Source: Antedon mediterranea
Lineage: Eukaryota > Animalia > Echinodermata
Direction: 5' to 3'
Assembly: GCF_964355755.1 (NCBI RefSeq)
Contig: NC_092676.1
Coordinates: 7,107,888 to 7,171,887 of the forward strand
DNA: 64,000 bases
Positions 24,730-36,663 of this stretch are shown here, piece after piece. Numbering within the stretch: position 1 is the first letter of the stretch; the number at the start of each line of letters is the position of its first letter. The position numbers were made by a program, and so were the translations under genes. Under the pieces are notes generated by a model. The model was not told the origin of the DNA. It was given only the letters and a program-made list of their open reading frames with translations, and made no database searches.

Positions 24730-26038
24730 ATATTGTTTATTCAGTATAATATTTCAGTACAATAATGATTCGGTACAATATACTATTAGGATAAGGATAC
24801 AGAGGATCAGTGATGCTGTCGGTGAGGTGTGAAGTGTGTAGGTCTGCTTCTGGAGAAGTGGCTGTAAGGTGTAGATGTTCTTCTGAAGAAGTGGCTGTAA
24901 GGTGTGTGCTCCGTGAAGTGGCTGTAAGGTGTGTCTGGGCTCTTCTGAAACTTGAGGGTTTATTGCTTTGGTTCATTTACATATGTCACTACGTAATCTT
25001 AGAGGTTACTGATTGGTCCTAAGTTGGTCCATGGGTGTTTAAGTGGGAGTGATTGATCTTATCTGGGGAGGTTACAATGATGAATTGGCCCTGTCGAATC
25101 TCTGCTTAAAAACTGTCAATATCTAATTGTTTTACGATGGGAACAGTCACGAAATTAAGCTAAGTGTTTTCTTTAGGGATTCTATTATAAACTAAATGGT
25201 CATTAAAACATATGGACAAACTCTCCTCTGGACTTTCTGGGTCAAGTTTGTGAACTTATTTGAATTCCGATACAAAGGTCAATTTCTTAAATATAAAAGT
25301 ATATCGTTATATTACATCCCTCTGTTTCCCTTTTTTTTTCTTCTAATCTATTTTAATATAATGTAATATAATGTTGCGTTGTTGAAGTACTAATGAAGAC
25401 TCTCACTCGCTTGACTGTCGTAACACATATATTGTTTATTCAGTATAATACTTCAGTACAATAATGATTCGGTACAATATACTACAGTATTAGGATAAGG
25501 ATACAGAGGATCAGTGATGCTGTCGGTGAGGTGTGAAGTGTGTAGGTGTGCTTCTGGAGAAGTGGCTGTGAGGTGTAGATGTTCTTCTGAAGAAAAGGCT
25601 GTGAGGTGTAGATGTTCCGTGAAGTGGCTGTAAGGTGTGTGCTCCATGAAGTGGCTGTAAGGTGTGTCTGGGCTCTTCTGAAACTTGAGGGTATATTGGC
25701 TTCGGTTCATTTGCATATGTCACTACGTAATCTGTGAGGGTAACGATTGGTCCTAAGCTGATCCAGGGGTGTTTAAGTGGGAGTGATTGATCTTATCTGG
25801 GGAGGTTACAATGATGAATTGGCCCTGTCGAATTTCTGCTAAATTCTGTCAATATCTAATTGTTTTACGATGGGAACAGTCACAAAGTTATTCTTTAGGC
25901 ATTCGATTATAAACTAAATGGTCATTAAAACATCTGGACAAACTCTCCTCTGGACTTTCTGGGTCAAGTTTGTGAACCTATTTGAATTCTGATACAAAGG
26001 TCAATTTCTTAAATATAAAAGTATATCGTTATATTACA
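24665..26038. repeat. Tandem duplication of a unit of about 650-680 bp with internal gaagtggctgtaaggtgt repeats
   Basis: About 24665-25316 and 25361-26038 are near-identical; they differ in the copy number of an internal 21-30 bp repeat. Confidence 0.9.
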
Positions 26039-26250
26039 GTATGTATTGTAAATTTTATTGCTGATATATATTCAGCTGCTCTTTGATCTTAAAGTGCATA
26101 ATTGTTGAAGATGAAATGAAAATCAAGCAATGAATATGACTATAATTGATTAATTATAGTCATCGCTTGATTTTCAATTTTTAAGTTAAATTAATTAATT
26201 GAAATGGTTAAAAAAAGACAGAAGTCTAAAATGAAACCTGGGCTAGTAAT

Positions 26251-26886
26251 TTACCTCCGCCAAGGAGGTGTATGTGTCTGTTTGTTTGTTAGCAGGATTA
26301 CTCAAAAAGTAATTACAAGATCTTTAAATTACCAAAATGAATGTAGAGATAGATATGTGGTCAAGGACCATTCCATTAAATTTTGGGACCATTTCGGACC
26401 ACGGTCCCAATTCTGGACCACTTTTTAGTATACTTTTTTAGACCTGCTAGTGTTAAAAGATAGGACAGAATTTTTCAAAAGCCGGCTAGCAGTCTTAAAG
26501 TAACAAGTAAACTGAAATTGCATTTTCTCGAGAACTACTTGTCCAAAAAACTTCATTTTTGAACAAGAGCCAAGAGTTATAATTTGTGATTTGTAATTTT
26601 AAAACATAATTTGATTTAATGTGCACGTTTTTTGATGCGAGTAGTTTAAAAAACCTATTTCTTTTCAAATTCACTTGTTTGATTTTCGCGTTGCTGTTCT
26701 ATTGTTAGTCAACTGAAGCTATTGTTAATTGAAAGGCTTGTTACATAACCATTACACCAAACTCGCAATCACAAACAGCATTAAGACACACACAAATAAA
26801 TATATATTTTTTTTTTACCGGAGAAATCTTATGTAGGAGAATTTTACAGTAGGCGGAGGTATGCACTCTCGGAGTGGCTTTCTAGT
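26251..26886. mobile_element. Helentron-associated non-autonomous element (HINE-like)
   Basis: Starts ttacctccgccaaggagg followed by (GTTT/GTCT)n; ends with the inverted motif ggcggaggta, the hairpin cactctcggagtg and a terminal ttctagtt. Confidence 0.65.
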
Positions 26887-27089
26887 TAAGTTCTAAAATG
26901 TAAATGATACTTGGACTACTGTGTTTAACACCATTCATTAATATATGATATAATATAAGTAAGTGTCAGATCAGTGTGTGTGTGTGTGTGTGTTCCGTTG
27001 TAAATCTGCTACAATGCTTACTTTTGTCAAATTTATTGTGAAGAGGATGAAAGAGGTAATTTCAATTAAAATAATATTCAATTTTAAAG

Positions 27090-27275
27090 TCCTTATATAA
27101 AACTATATTTAAAATGTTGTAAAATGGTGCAGTCAATTCTAAATAAGTTCAACTTGCATTGAAAGAAGTTACACATTTTCAATTTATTGTATATAAACTT
27201 GATTTTTGCATCAAATTTAAGTTTGTTATCAATTTGATCATCTAAATGCTTGTATGTTTTAACTTCTGATAACCT
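27090..27275 (-). mobile_element. Degenerate LINE reverse-transcriptase C-terminal fragment
   Basis: Minus frame reads EVKTYKHLDDQIDNKLKFDAKIKFIYNKLKMCNFFQCKLNLFRIDCTILQHF, resembling the YKYLG..IDNKL.F region of CR1/L2/Rex-group RTs. Confidence 0.55.
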
Positions 27276-27639
27276 TTAATAACAATTTGGGGAAGCAAGT
27301 ACTTATATTAAAAAGCCAAGCAATGCACATTGCAAGAAAATTAATTTGATTAACCTTCTTTTCAATTTCCTTGGCTTTTCGTGCTATTGCAATTTTATTC
27401 TGGCCTCTGTCATTTGCGATGGTGTTGTTGGCAGTGGCAAAGCCAGTCTTGCCCGTTCTTCATAACTGGCAGATTCATTGTACAAAAGACAATTTATTTT
27501 TAATTATTATTATTATTATATTTTTTTCATTGTTGTTTATTTTATTTCCAATAAAATGTAATACTGTAAAATATAGTTTGGACTTTTCATTTATTTTTAA
27601 TAGTGTCACGCAACATAATTTCTGAAAACTAAAAAAAAA

Positions 27640-27844
27640 AAAGTTTTAAACTCTATAATTCTAAAAATAACCGTATGACTAATTGTTATTGATTGATGAT
27701 CGATTCCCGATGCGCGCGTCTGATTGATCACTCATGTTACGTCATACAAGACGTCACATGAAACAGACTCATCATCATTCAAAGATCGGTCGGTCATAAT
27801 ATATCCCATCCATATCATTTTATTTATGTTGAAAGTTTCACACC
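27640..27844. promoter_or_regulatory. Putative promoter of CHMP2B, possibly bidirectional with the GTF2I-chromo gene
   Basis: CpG-containing patch immediately 5' of the ATG with gcgcgcg, a CRE-like TTACGTCA (27737-27744) and GTCACATGA (M-box/CLEAR-like E-box, about 27753-27761). Confidence 0.45.
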
Positions 27845-30800
27845 ATGAATGTATTTAGGAAACCAAATGAAAAAGGTTTGTTGAACGTTCTATTATTAAA
27901 ACTACTATTTATGATTTTCTATAGGCTACTAAAACTATTACAATAGTCTAATAGAGTTAGACTAGGCTATACTATTGTATTAATAAATAGTGCTAGGCCG
28001 CCTAGTGTAGCTAGGCTGAGTGTAGCAGCAGCAGTGGTTGACCGGCTAGGCTAGTCTGGCCCTAGCTAGCGGGTATCCTAGCTAGGCCTAGTCTAGCTAG
28101 GCCGAGATTAGCTAGACCCAGAGTAGCCGGTCAACCACAGCTGCTGCTGCTGCTACACTCAGCACAGCTGAGCAGCTACGTTTTTCCAGCAGCCAGTAGA
28201 GGCCGTGAGCCTAGACTTGACTGATACAGACAGTACTGTAGTTTAGTAGGCCCCTTTTGTCTTTCTTTCTCTAACTCGTAGCTGTAGTTATTCTTGCTAG
28301 GTCGCTTAATTAAATCATAAACTTAATTTATCCATCCCCTGGTCCTGCGTGTGCTGACTAAACTATAAAAGTATGATAATAATTAAATTATGCCTGGCCT
28401 ACCAGCCACAAGATGTTTTTTAATCATACTGTCAAATTATAGAAACAGTGCTCATATTCGGAACATGATCTTATAATCGCGTCGAGCATAGCTCATCGGC
28501 GAAGTTTCCATATTTTTAGTTGTATGAAAAATTCTTTGGCAGGATTCGAACCAGAATGTATCTGGTGGTTGAAAATCTGTCATAATACCAATATGGTCGC
28601 AGGTTTGAATCCCGCCAAAGACATTTTTTCATACTAAAAATATGGAACTTTCGCCGATGAGCTATGCTCGACGCGATTATAAGATAAGATTCTATAATTT
28701 AACAATATGATTTATATATAAATTACACAGTGCTATGCAACACAATTGATTTATATACAAGATGTTTTACTTTTAGTCTCATCATTGCCTCATCCTGCAT
28801 GTTAATGATTGGTGGTTCTCTTTTTACTCCCTATATATAGGCTAGCCTAATCATTTATCTACATACTAAATTAAGCCCTTGTCCAGTCCTAATAAATGTC
28901 AGTATTTATTAAACAGTATTTCTTAATACTTCAATTCAACAGAAATTATGCGAAAAAATGACAAAGCACTACGAAAAACACAAAGGGACCTGGAACGTGA
29001 CCGAGGAAAACTTGAAAGAGAAGAAAAAAAATTAGTAAGTACTCCATTATCATGATTGCTATTTGAAATTCATTCACACACATTCTCCGATGTCCCTCCT
29101 TCTTCCTTAAAACATAAACAATCTCTTGCTTTTACAAATTTTGTAAATTAATTAAAAAAACTTTTTTTTTGATTAGGAACTGGAAATACAAAGAGCAGCA
29201 AAAAGAGGAGACAAACAGGTTTGTTCCTTCTTTAGTTATCAAGATAAAATAAATGAAAACCTTGTTATAATTGCACCAAATTCACTATCAAACTTTATGA
29301 GACAAAAATATCACTACCATATCTGGGCATATCACTACCATATTTGGGCACATCATACTTTTTTTGTCAAACTAGTTTGATAGTGTAGAGACAGAGCTTA
29401 AAGCAATATATTTCGTCCCTGCCGCTATACGATTATATAATGAATGATAATATCATTCATTATATAATCGTATAATCGTATTTTATGCGCTAGTTTTATT
29501 TTTTGTAGTATTTTAAATCGACTTTTTAGGATTTTATATGTATATTTTGTATGGCTTTTTTTATTGTATTTTATATTTTATGTACTGTATCCATTTTATA
29601 TTTGTATGTACTGTACTTTTGAAAAGGCCAACAGAGTTTCCCCATGGGGATAATAAAGTTTTAATTGAATTGAATTGAATATTTATTTTAACTTTATCAT
29701 TGATTCTCTAAATTTCAGACATGTACAATTTTAGCAAAACAACTTGTAAATATGAGGAAAGCAAAAACAAGATCTTACGGAGCATCAGCAAAGGTATCAG
29801 CGGTAAAAACACAGGCTAAGGTGAGTTTTTCTTCTGCTAAATTTGATTTCCCCTTGACAATATTTGTTTAAATTGTTTAGTTAGAATATTTTATTATGAC
29901 AACTTAACTTTGTTTTACATTTCAGACAATGCAATCTACAAAGACACTTGCCACAGCAATGGGAAACACAACTAAGGTAAAGAATTAATTTTTGAGATAG
30001 TAAAAAGTGCTTAAAGTGAAAAAGACTAGGATAAGAAGATAAATATTTGCTTAGGTTATTTTAGAAAAAAAAAAGTTAAGATAATTGTCTTTGATAAATC
30101 CAGCCACACGTGTTCTCTTGAAATCTTTTGTGGTGATAGAAACAGAAGTTAATATTTCAGATAATGGAGCCAATAAGTACAGATTTATGAATTTTATTAT
30201 TATTTTATTTATTTATACTGGCCTCTTCAGTAAAAGCCTGACCTCCCAGATGGCCCAGTTATGATCAGTGGCTGTGATGGATAGAAGTATATATAGTTAA
30301 GTTATTATAGAGAAGTTAATTATCATGATTACTTTTGTTTTATTTTAGGCAATGGGTGCAATGAATAAACAAATATCACCTCAACAGATAGCCCAGACAA
30401 TGCAGAACTTTGAGAAAGAGTCAACCAAGATGGCTATGACAGAGGAATTAAGTATGTACAATTGTACTGGTGTTGCCAGCCGTGGTCTTATTTGCATACG
30501 TAACAAGTAACAAACTCTTGTCTTGTTCGGGTTACTATGTTGCGTTGCGGATTGAAAAAAAATAAATATCAGTAAAATTATCTTTTTTCACAATGATCAC
30601 CTATAATTCAAGTTTATTTATTTATTCTTTGGGTGATCTCTTCAGTCAAAAACTATTCTCCCAGAGGGCTGTATGATGAGTAAGTTGTGTGAACTAGGAT
30701 GTTGAAAGATGTACTAGGCTGATGAGCCAGATATGTACACTGGACCTTATACAAGAAGACTCTTTCTACCACCAGAACCATGTAAAGAGTGATGCAGGCC

Positions 30801-31888
30801 TTGTCTTTTGAAAATTGCACTCCTCAATCAGGGATGCTCTAGATGTGCTGTATTTTGGTGTGTTGAAGTTTACCAAATTTAAGCATGTTGTAAATCACAC
30901 TCCTCAAGGGAAGTTTAGGAGTGTGTTAAGTGGGTGATCGCACTTGCTCGCCTTAAAAGACAAGGCCTGTGATGTTATGGCTACGTACAGTATTATGGTT
31001 CCACTGTCTTACTGCTTGGCCACTCACTCATTTTTTTTAAAACATAAATAACAACCCGACATAAAAGATGTATTTATTTTTGTTTTTTAAGTGGATGATA
31101 CTTTAGAAGATCTTCTTACGGAATCTGGAGATGAGGAAGAACAGGAGGCAATTGTAAATAGAGTTTTGGATGAAATTGGCATTGAAGTTTCTGGCAAGGT
31201 AGGATTGAAAGTGTTGATCAAGTTCAAATCATAAATAGTCACTTTTCTATTTGCTGTATTCATCAATCACATTTCTTAAATGAGATATTTCTCATTTTTT
31301 GAGTCAATACATATTTAAGGATTTTACTTAAGTGGTATGCACATAGATGTGATAGATAGATGATAAATGTTTGAATACTGACACTCTTTGACGGCCTCAA
31401 TGTTTTTGAATTTTTTATTTTAAATACTGTATTAAATACAAAATTTGGAACCGATGTATTGTCCACCTGAAAAAACTGTAAAATAACCTATCGTAATTTG
31501 ACTTCACCCGATTTTATTAATCTTAATTTTTTATGTTTTTGGTGGACAGTACATCAAAAAATTTGGATTTAGGAAAAGTTTTCGTTTTTAGGGCATCTGA
31601 TGTCAGTTGACTGTATTCATACTACTGTACAAAATATTACAAGACGTAATAATCAATGTATAGTAAAACTCAAATGGCTTCGTCATTGCCTGAATATCTG
31701 TCATTAATTCTGTTAGAATTCTATTTTTTATCGATTTTAATTAATTAAAAATAATTTAATTTTATGTTTTCTTGCAGCTTGCAGAGGCACCATCAGCTCA
31801 TAAAGGATCATTGGCCGATAGTAATGCAGCCAAGGATGCAGAATTAGAGGCAAAGCTAGCAAAATTATTACAAGTGAATGATGATTAG
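27845..31888 (+). CDS. CHMP2B: Charged multivesicular body protein 2b (ESCRT-III), intact parental copy, 212 aa
   Basis: Exons 27845-27875, 28943-29034, 29177-29218, 29719-29820, 29926-29976, 30349-30451, 31092-31198, 31778-31888. Translation: MNVFRKPNEKEIMRKNDKALRKTQRDLERDRGKLEREEKKLELEIQRAAKRGDKQTCTILAKQLVNMRKAKTRSYGASAKVSAVKTQAKTMQSTKTLATAMGNTTKAMGAMNKQISPQQIAQTMQNFEKESTKMAMTEELMDDTLEDLLTESGDEEEQEAIVNRVLDEIGIEVSGKLAEAPSAHKGSLADSNAAKDAELEAKLAKLLQVNDD*. This is a typical CHMP2B with the MIM1-type ELEAKLAKL. Confidence 0.95.
28468..28685. mobile_element. Fold-back element with long inverted arms (CHMP2B intron 1)
   Basis: atcttataatcgcgtcgagcatagctcatcggcgaa...tttggcaggattcgaacc pairs with ggtttgaatcccgccaaag...ttcgccgatgagctatgctcgacgcgattataagat; arms are about 85 bp. 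Confidence 0.8.
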
Positions 31889-32603
31889 TGCACATATTTT
31901 TGTTTTGGATGTGAAACAGAAAGAAAAAGAGATTAAGGACTATGGCAAGACAAAGGATTCTACTGTAGTTGATAACTTGCCAATAAAAAAAATGCATATT
32001 TCTATTTCTGCTGGGTAGCTTCTTTAGTACAGAGACTGTTCTCCTAGCAGAGGGCCAAGTATGACTCACAAAACATTACAATGCATAAAATTAACAAGGA
32101 TAAAAACACTACAATTTTTCTCTATCACCTTCCTCAAACCTCTCTGCCTACACTATCACACTTATGTGACAAAAAATGTTATGTGCCCAAATATGAACAT
32201 GATGATGTCATATCACTACCATATTTAAGCATATCACTGCCTAGTTTGATAGTGTAGACAGACTTTTAAAATAGTTCCTCAACACAGTAAACTTTATTTA
32301 TAGATTTAGTTTGAAAAGCAAGGGTATATGCCATCCTGTGATTAGTGACATTTATTTCGTTGGATGTGCTTTAAATGATAATTTTTAGTAAATATATATT
32401 AAGCTCTAAACACAAAACATGTTTGTATAAATGAAACTATAAATAATAATTTTGTATTTCTATGTACAGGTATATATAATTATAGTTCAAATTTTAGTTA
32501 ATTATCAAATATATAGATGTAAATAAATAGTTTGTTTAATTGAATATATTATAACACTGCTACTGTACCTTACCCAAAACGCCATACTTGAATATGTCTT
32601 GTT

Positions 32604-32720
32604 CAGTGGTGTAACGTAGAGACCTTAGGCCCATCCATGGTTTAGGAACCCTAAGGCACCCCAATAAGCTCCAGCGCCCCTGGGTTTAGCCAATGAGCGC
32701 TCATAGCCGTTACGCCACTG
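32604..32720. mobile_element. hAT-like MITE with a perfect 8-bp TSD
   Basis: TSD gtcttgtt at 32596-32603 and 32721-32728; TIRs cagtggtgtaacg / cgttacgccactg. Confidence 0.85.
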
Positions 32721-33462
32721 GTCTTGTTAAGTTATGGTTTAATATATAGAAGGATCTATGAAAGTATTCACCTGGACTCATCAAGATGTCAAGTTTAACA
32801 CTCACCCACACATGACCACTAGTAAAAATATTGTTAACATACCAGATATTTCAAGAAATTGAATTCATAACTTTTTTTTAAATAAAAGTTCAAAATTTGT
32901 ACAGTATTTTTTTTTATTTCTATCTTTTTTTACAATCATAATTTTAATAGTCTAACATCTCATTTGATTTCTATATAAATATATATAATACATTTTTCTT
33001 CCAACACGTTAAAACATACATGTACATGTATTAATAAATAGTATTTAATTTTCACAAAGTATAATAATTAATGATATCTGCTAAAACATCATCCGATAAC
33101 GTATTGCTCAGAAACTCTTGATTGGGTTCAAACATTCAACTATCTGGCAACGTGGTTAAAAAAAACATAGAGGGCCGGCTCCGGAGATTGTTTTAGTAAG
33201 TAAACCCTGTTGATTCGGATGTTATGCTTAAAAACTATTTTTTTCTCAGTATATGAATGAATAGAATACACAATAATATTGTCAGGTAATATTTCTATCT
33301 CATTTTTTTCAAAATCTTAAATTGTAACTTATAATAGGGATCGAATGTCCGTTTTTAATGCGCAAAAAGGGCTAGGGCCTAGGCCTAGTAGGCCTCTAGC
33401 TAGGCCCTATATATGGATTCCCGGCCCTATCTATATATAGGCTAGGCTAGTAGTAGTAGTAC

Positions 33463-33535
33463 TGGGGTAGGCCTAGGCTATACAGTAGTAGGCCTATAGT
33501 ATAGGCCTACTACTGTATAGCCTAGGCCTACCCCA
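33463..33535. repeat. Perfect 36-bp-arm palindrome within a TAGGCCTA/CTAG-rich tract (33365-33830)
   Basis: tggggtaggcctaggctatacagtagtaggcctata-g-tataggcctactactgtatagcctaggcctacccca. It lies just after the probable non-coding first exon of DOP1 (donor cag/gtaat at about 33285). Confidence 0.85.
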
Positions 33536-34688
33536 CTACTACTACTAGGCCTCTCGCTAGCTAGGTCTAGGCTAGCCTACTAGACCAGGCAGATCCATCT
33601 TTCTTACATGCATAAACAAAAGGTGAGGCTGGCTGGCCGGACAGGGCAGGGCCCTGCTAGCCTGGCCTACTGTGGTAGACATTTTTCTTTTCTGTCTAGG
33701 CCTACTGTATAGGCCTAGTTTTGAAACTTATTTATATAGTCCTAGGCTTATGAGTATAAAATGCACGTGTAAGTTTATAGCCCTACTCCTTCCTGAATCC
33801 TAGCTAGGGCTAGCTAGGCCCTATATTAAATTAAAAAAGCAACAAGATAATATAAAATAAACAAATTGTATTAAAAAGAGAAGATACCCAGCCATCAGGA
33901 GGAGGCAACACGTTGCACACCTCGATTTTTAATTGATTTTTTTTTTCATTTAAGTTTAATAATATTATAATTAATTAATAAAGACGCCTTATTGTTTAGA
34001 TTTAGTATTTTATTATATTTTTTAATAGTTTACTCAGTAAGAAAAAAGAAATTTACTATTTTATAATTTTTAGAATAAATGGGATCCCTTAATTGTACAA
34101 CAATTAAATCAAAAATATATCTCAGCCAGCTGTACCAGTTTTAATCAAAATCAATAGAGAATATTGATCTTGCAGTATGGCAGTTCATGCTGTATATTAC
34201 ACAGGTTCACTGTAATTAATAATCCTATCTGTACAGTAACTGTCTGTGATTACACTTAAACAGAACAGTGATATTCTTTACCAATAGATAACGAAATGTA
34301 TGCATAAAATTAAACCAAAAAATAACAATTGCATTGATTAAACTACTGTATAAGCATTGTATTATCAAATGGTGATGTGATTGTTTTAATTCATCAATCT
34401 AATATGTCGTTGATCCATAATCAATCATCATTCTCAAAACTTGTTGATAAACTGTTAAATTTACATTTCAACAATAGTTTCTGGAATTTGAGTTGTTATT
34501 GTTTTCACACCAAGATACAGTTGCAGCTATAATTGCAGCCTGAAAATAATGTACAGAAAAATACAGCACAATTTTATAGTACGTATACGTCTGTCAAAAT
34601 CTTCCAGATGCCTCTCAATTTAATCACACCAAAAAACTATTGCTTTTTGGCTCCAGTTTCTCTCGAGCTTTCCCAATTTATCCGTAAA

Positions 34689-35338
34689 AGCTCTGTCTAC
34701 TGTACACTATCAAACTAGTTTGACAAAAAAGTGCAATAAGATAAGATAAGATAAGATAACTTTTAATTTATTGATCCTCAAAAAGGAAATTCATTGCTCG
34801 TCATAATAACAAAGAAAACACTATAAAAACAAATATAGCATAAAACCATTCATATAAAAACATATAAAAAATTACAATATATAATTATCTTCTTGACTTC
34901 CTGTTGTACTGGATGATACCGGAGAGAATAAAGGATTTAGCAAATCGATTTGTTTTCACACTAAGGAGCCTCAATCTACCACTTGGATTAAGTTGGTCTA
35001 TGATCACTTTGTGGAGAGGATGAGAGGCATCCGACTCAATGCGTTCGAAATCTTTCTGGAGGTGTTCTAGGTGCACATCGGTAAAGGAAGGCAGTTCCAG
35101 ACCAATCATTTTACCAGCCCGACGGATGAAAGTTTCAAGGCGTCCTTTATTCCCTCCGGTAACATTACCAGCCCAACAGGAGAGGCAATACGTCCAAACA
35201 CTACATATAACGGATCTATAGAACGAAAGTAACATCAAATTAATGTGCCCAAATATGGTAGTGATGTGACGTCATCATGTCCATATAAGGGCACATCATT
35301 TTTTTGTTTATATGAAGTTTGATAGTGTAGACAGAGCT
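34689..35338. mobile_element. PIF/Harbinger-like MITE interrupted by a LINE 3' end
   Basis: Left MITE arm agctctgtctac...aaaaaagtg (34689-34733) and right part atgtgcccaaatatggtagtg...gatagtgtagacagagct (35243-35338) flank the LINE. Confidence 0.8.
34734..35240 (-). mobile_element. 5'-truncated LINE (Rex1/Babar- or L2-like RT C-terminus) with a (TTATC)n tail
   Basis: ORF 34885-35238 reads FYRSVICSVWTYCLSCWAGN...RAGKMIG...SHPLH...SGRLRLLSVKTNRFAKSF, followed by a 3' UTR and a microsatellite tail (ataag repeats on the + strand at 34736-34760). Confidence 0.85.
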
Positions 35339-36343
35339 TGTCTCCAGTTAGCAACAGATAAGAAGAGAGATACTGTACGTTTCAAATCGAAAAGTTTTTA
35401 TAAGTAGCTACATTTTTATTGTATGCCAGTACACTACTTCAAACATTTTTTTTTTTTTTCTTTTTTCAGTGATTAATAAAATAATAATAATATCTATTTC
35501 ACTTTGTCGTTTGCGACAGACGTCTGCCTACCGCTACTACAGTACTAACTACTACATCATTTTAATATTCTTTATTTACGTTTTCATGTAAATGTTTACT
35601 AACATATAATAACAAACATAGACAGCCTACAATAAGATAACATCATGTTGTTTATAATCAATTATTCATAAATTAAAGTACAACTGTCTTGACATTTTCA
35701 ATGAAGTGCTCAGGCAAAAATTATATGGACACATTTTATGTTCAAATTAATTGGTCTTTCAGTATTCATTAATTACTAGAATAGAATAATTATCCCCATG
35801 GGAGAAGATTTCCAGAAAACCATGTCTCCCAGAGCCTCAAGCGATTCTTACGAAATCGTTATTATCTAATTAATTACATACAATGCGAGTGAGTGTACTG
35901 AGTGAAAACAATTTCATCTGGTAATGTTAATATACTGAATAGTAATATATTACTGTATACAGTAAACTCTGGTATCATCCCAAACCCCTAGAACACAAAA
36001 TTGGGCCGACTTTGCGGGGTTGGAAACAATACCCAGGGAAAGCGCGATTCAGGAAAAAAAAAGTGATTGGTAGGCCTACAGTGTAAGCATTTCTTGTAAA
36101 AACTCATCTGAACTGGCTAGAGAGAGGCCTACATCTACTGTAGGTAGACCAAAAGTCAATACTGGGACTAAACCTAGGTATATGCTTGCTTTATGTAGGG
36201 TGAGGGATTAGAACAGAAGTGGGATTATAGTATACCAAAGGATATACAGTAATTGAATAGTAACTGTAATATACAGTACATGCTCACTGTATCACATTCA
36301 CATACCATTGGGAATTTCCCACACAAGTAGAAATAGTAACAAC

Positions 36344-36663
36344 TGTTGGGTCCATTGTATGGGCGGCCATTAGGGCCAAAATAGAAAAACGTTGCCGTAC
36401 GAACAATTCCGCTCCGGTAAGCCAAAAATGGCGTTAAAGACATAATTCCTCGATTGACAAACAAATATTGCTGTACGGACACACACATTTCCGTATGAAC
36501 ACATTGGTGAAAGAACAAATTGCCGTACTGTTTGGTTAATTTGACGTATGGTTAAATTGTCGGAAGGACAAGATTTGGTGTAAGGACAAAAATTGGCATA
36601 AGGACAACATTGCCGTTTGTCTATTTTGGCCCTAATGGCCGCCCATACTATTGTACCCAACAT
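36344..36663. mobile_element. MITE with long TIRs
   Basis: gtatgggcggccattagggccaaaatag is the reverse complement of ctattttggccctaatggccgcccatac; internal repeats of the tgccgtacggacaa type. Confidence 0.75.

Noticed and set aside
24737-25723. HLTATS-repeat ORFs (24737-24976, 24810-25022, 25453-25716, 25511-25723)
   Set aside because: They arise from a short tandem repeat that is open in several frames on both strands, and the frames differ between the two duplicated units.
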